DNA of 34,110 bases from a virus. Its lineage: Duplodnaviria; Caudoviricetes. The DNA is taken from positions 1-34,110 of the IMG/VR virus record IMGVR_UViG_3300044641_006127. One strand, given 5' to 3'. The translations under genes were made by a program, and so were the position numbers. The notes under the pieces are model-generated. The model searched no databases and was not told the DNA's origin. It was given only the letters and a program-made list of their open reading frames with translations. Below are positions 33,350 to 34,110 of the stretch, piece by piece (position 1 is the first letter of the stretch; each line of letters opens with the position of its first letter).

Positions 33350-34110
33350 ATGGAAAAAAATATTAATCCAGAGATCAACAGATTAAATATGGAAACATCT
33401 AAACAAGCAGCGGATTCTTTAAAAGAATGGGCAGGATTAGGTGCTTCACAAGCTCCTGTTGCTTCTTCATTTCTTAATGGCTCGACTGCTCAACATTTAA
33501 ACGAATCTGCATTTCCAGATATGTCAACTAAATCAACTAAAAGAACTTCTTTTAGTTTTGGTGTTTTAAATACTATTTCAGCATTAAGAAACTCAAGCTT
33601 AAATGAATTACCAGCAGGTAAAATTCTTTTAGAAAAATACAATTACTTGCTAATTGATAAAGGAATATCTGAATCTTTTATTATTGAAAGTTTATTGAAC
33701 GATCTTAAATCTTTCTCATGGGAAAATTCGGTTAAACCAGTTTTAGAGAATTTAACAAACACATTTGAAAGTAACAGAAGAGAAGTTGAGGTTTTAAAAA
33801 CCTATGAAACAATTAGAAATAACTCAGGAAGAGAGCTTTTTTCTGACGCTACAGACCAAATGAAAAATTGGCTATCTTCAGAAAAAAGAAGTTCTGACAC
33901 ATTAGTCCATGGATTAAAAAGATTTGGTTTTAATCCAATGGTAAGAAACTTAGTTAGCTTCCTTTCAGTTTATGAAAATCAAGGAGCTAGCAGCAAATTC
34001 AATGTGGGATTTGACAATAATGTTTGTGAGATTAGTAACATCTATTCTCCCGTTTATGTCAACGAAAATGAAGTGGTATTCTATTCTTCTGGTAAATTCT
34101 TGAAGCTTCA
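33350..34110 (+). CDS. 5' part of a large late protein (partial; not in the ORF track), possibly a prohead core/internal protein
   Basis: Open from ATG 33350 (MEKNINPEINRLNMETSKQAADSLKEWAG...) to the window end; repeated LNE/LLE/IIES/VNE motifs resembling prohead-protease sites. Confidence 0.75.
   Translation, partial: MEKNINPEINRLNMETSKQAADSLKEWAGLGASQAPVASSFLNGSTAQHLNESAFPDMSTKSTKRTSFSFGVLNTISALRNSSLNELPAGKILLEKYNYLLIDKGISESFIIESLLNDLKSFSWENSVKPVLENLTNTFESNRREVEVLKTYETIRNNSGRELFSDATDQMKNWLSSEKRSSDTLVHGLKRFGFNPMVRNLVSFLSVYENQGASSKFNVGFDNNVCEISNIYSPVYVNENEVVFYSSGKFLKL

Noticed and set aside
1-34110. Stop-codon recoding (TAG or TGA) as in some jumbo and crAss-like phages
   Set aside because: Core genes are full length in code 11; TAG (1986-1988) and TGA (3667-3669, 10083-10085, 25800-25802) fall at sensible gene ends.
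1-34110. CRISPR array, tRNA or rRNA genes
   Set aside because: No regularly spaced repeats and no cloverleaf/T-loop pattern seen in the short intergenic gaps.

Overview
AT-rich (roughly 30% GC by eye), densely coding, almost entirely + strand segment of a large T4-like (myovirus/jumbo-type) bacteriophage, read in genetic code 11. The host is probably Bacteroidota, inferred from TAnnTTTG promoter boxes and A-rich starts lacking Shine-Dalgarno sites. 1-7.3 kb is an accessory region: HAD phosphatase, HNH remnant, GMP reductase/IMPDH-family enzyme, a thymidylate-synthase-fold enzyme with the dCMP-type Asp, lytic transglycosylase, a structured leader RNA ahead of a zinc-ribbon gene, a pre-toxin-TG-like protein, a SET-domain protein and two UVR-motif proteins. 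7.3-13.3 kb is replication/recombination: UvsX/RecA, gp41 helicase, gp33-like protein, gp47/gp46. 13.3-27.7 kb is morphogenesis: gp15, gp14, small and large terminase, a 1135-aa sheath, two tail tubes, gp26/gp51-like genes. 27.8-34.1 kb holds dCMP deaminase, an ECF sigma factor, a PD-(D/E)XK exonuclease and late genes. The most notable signals are a readable three-class promoter system (TAnnTTTG, AAC-N16-18-TATAA, GATATATA), a candidate three-way-junction cis-regulatory RNA, predicted cytosine modification, three loopless 28-bp palindromes, and candidate frameshift or overlap sites in the tail module. All family assignments come from motif recognition by eye; no database searches were run.
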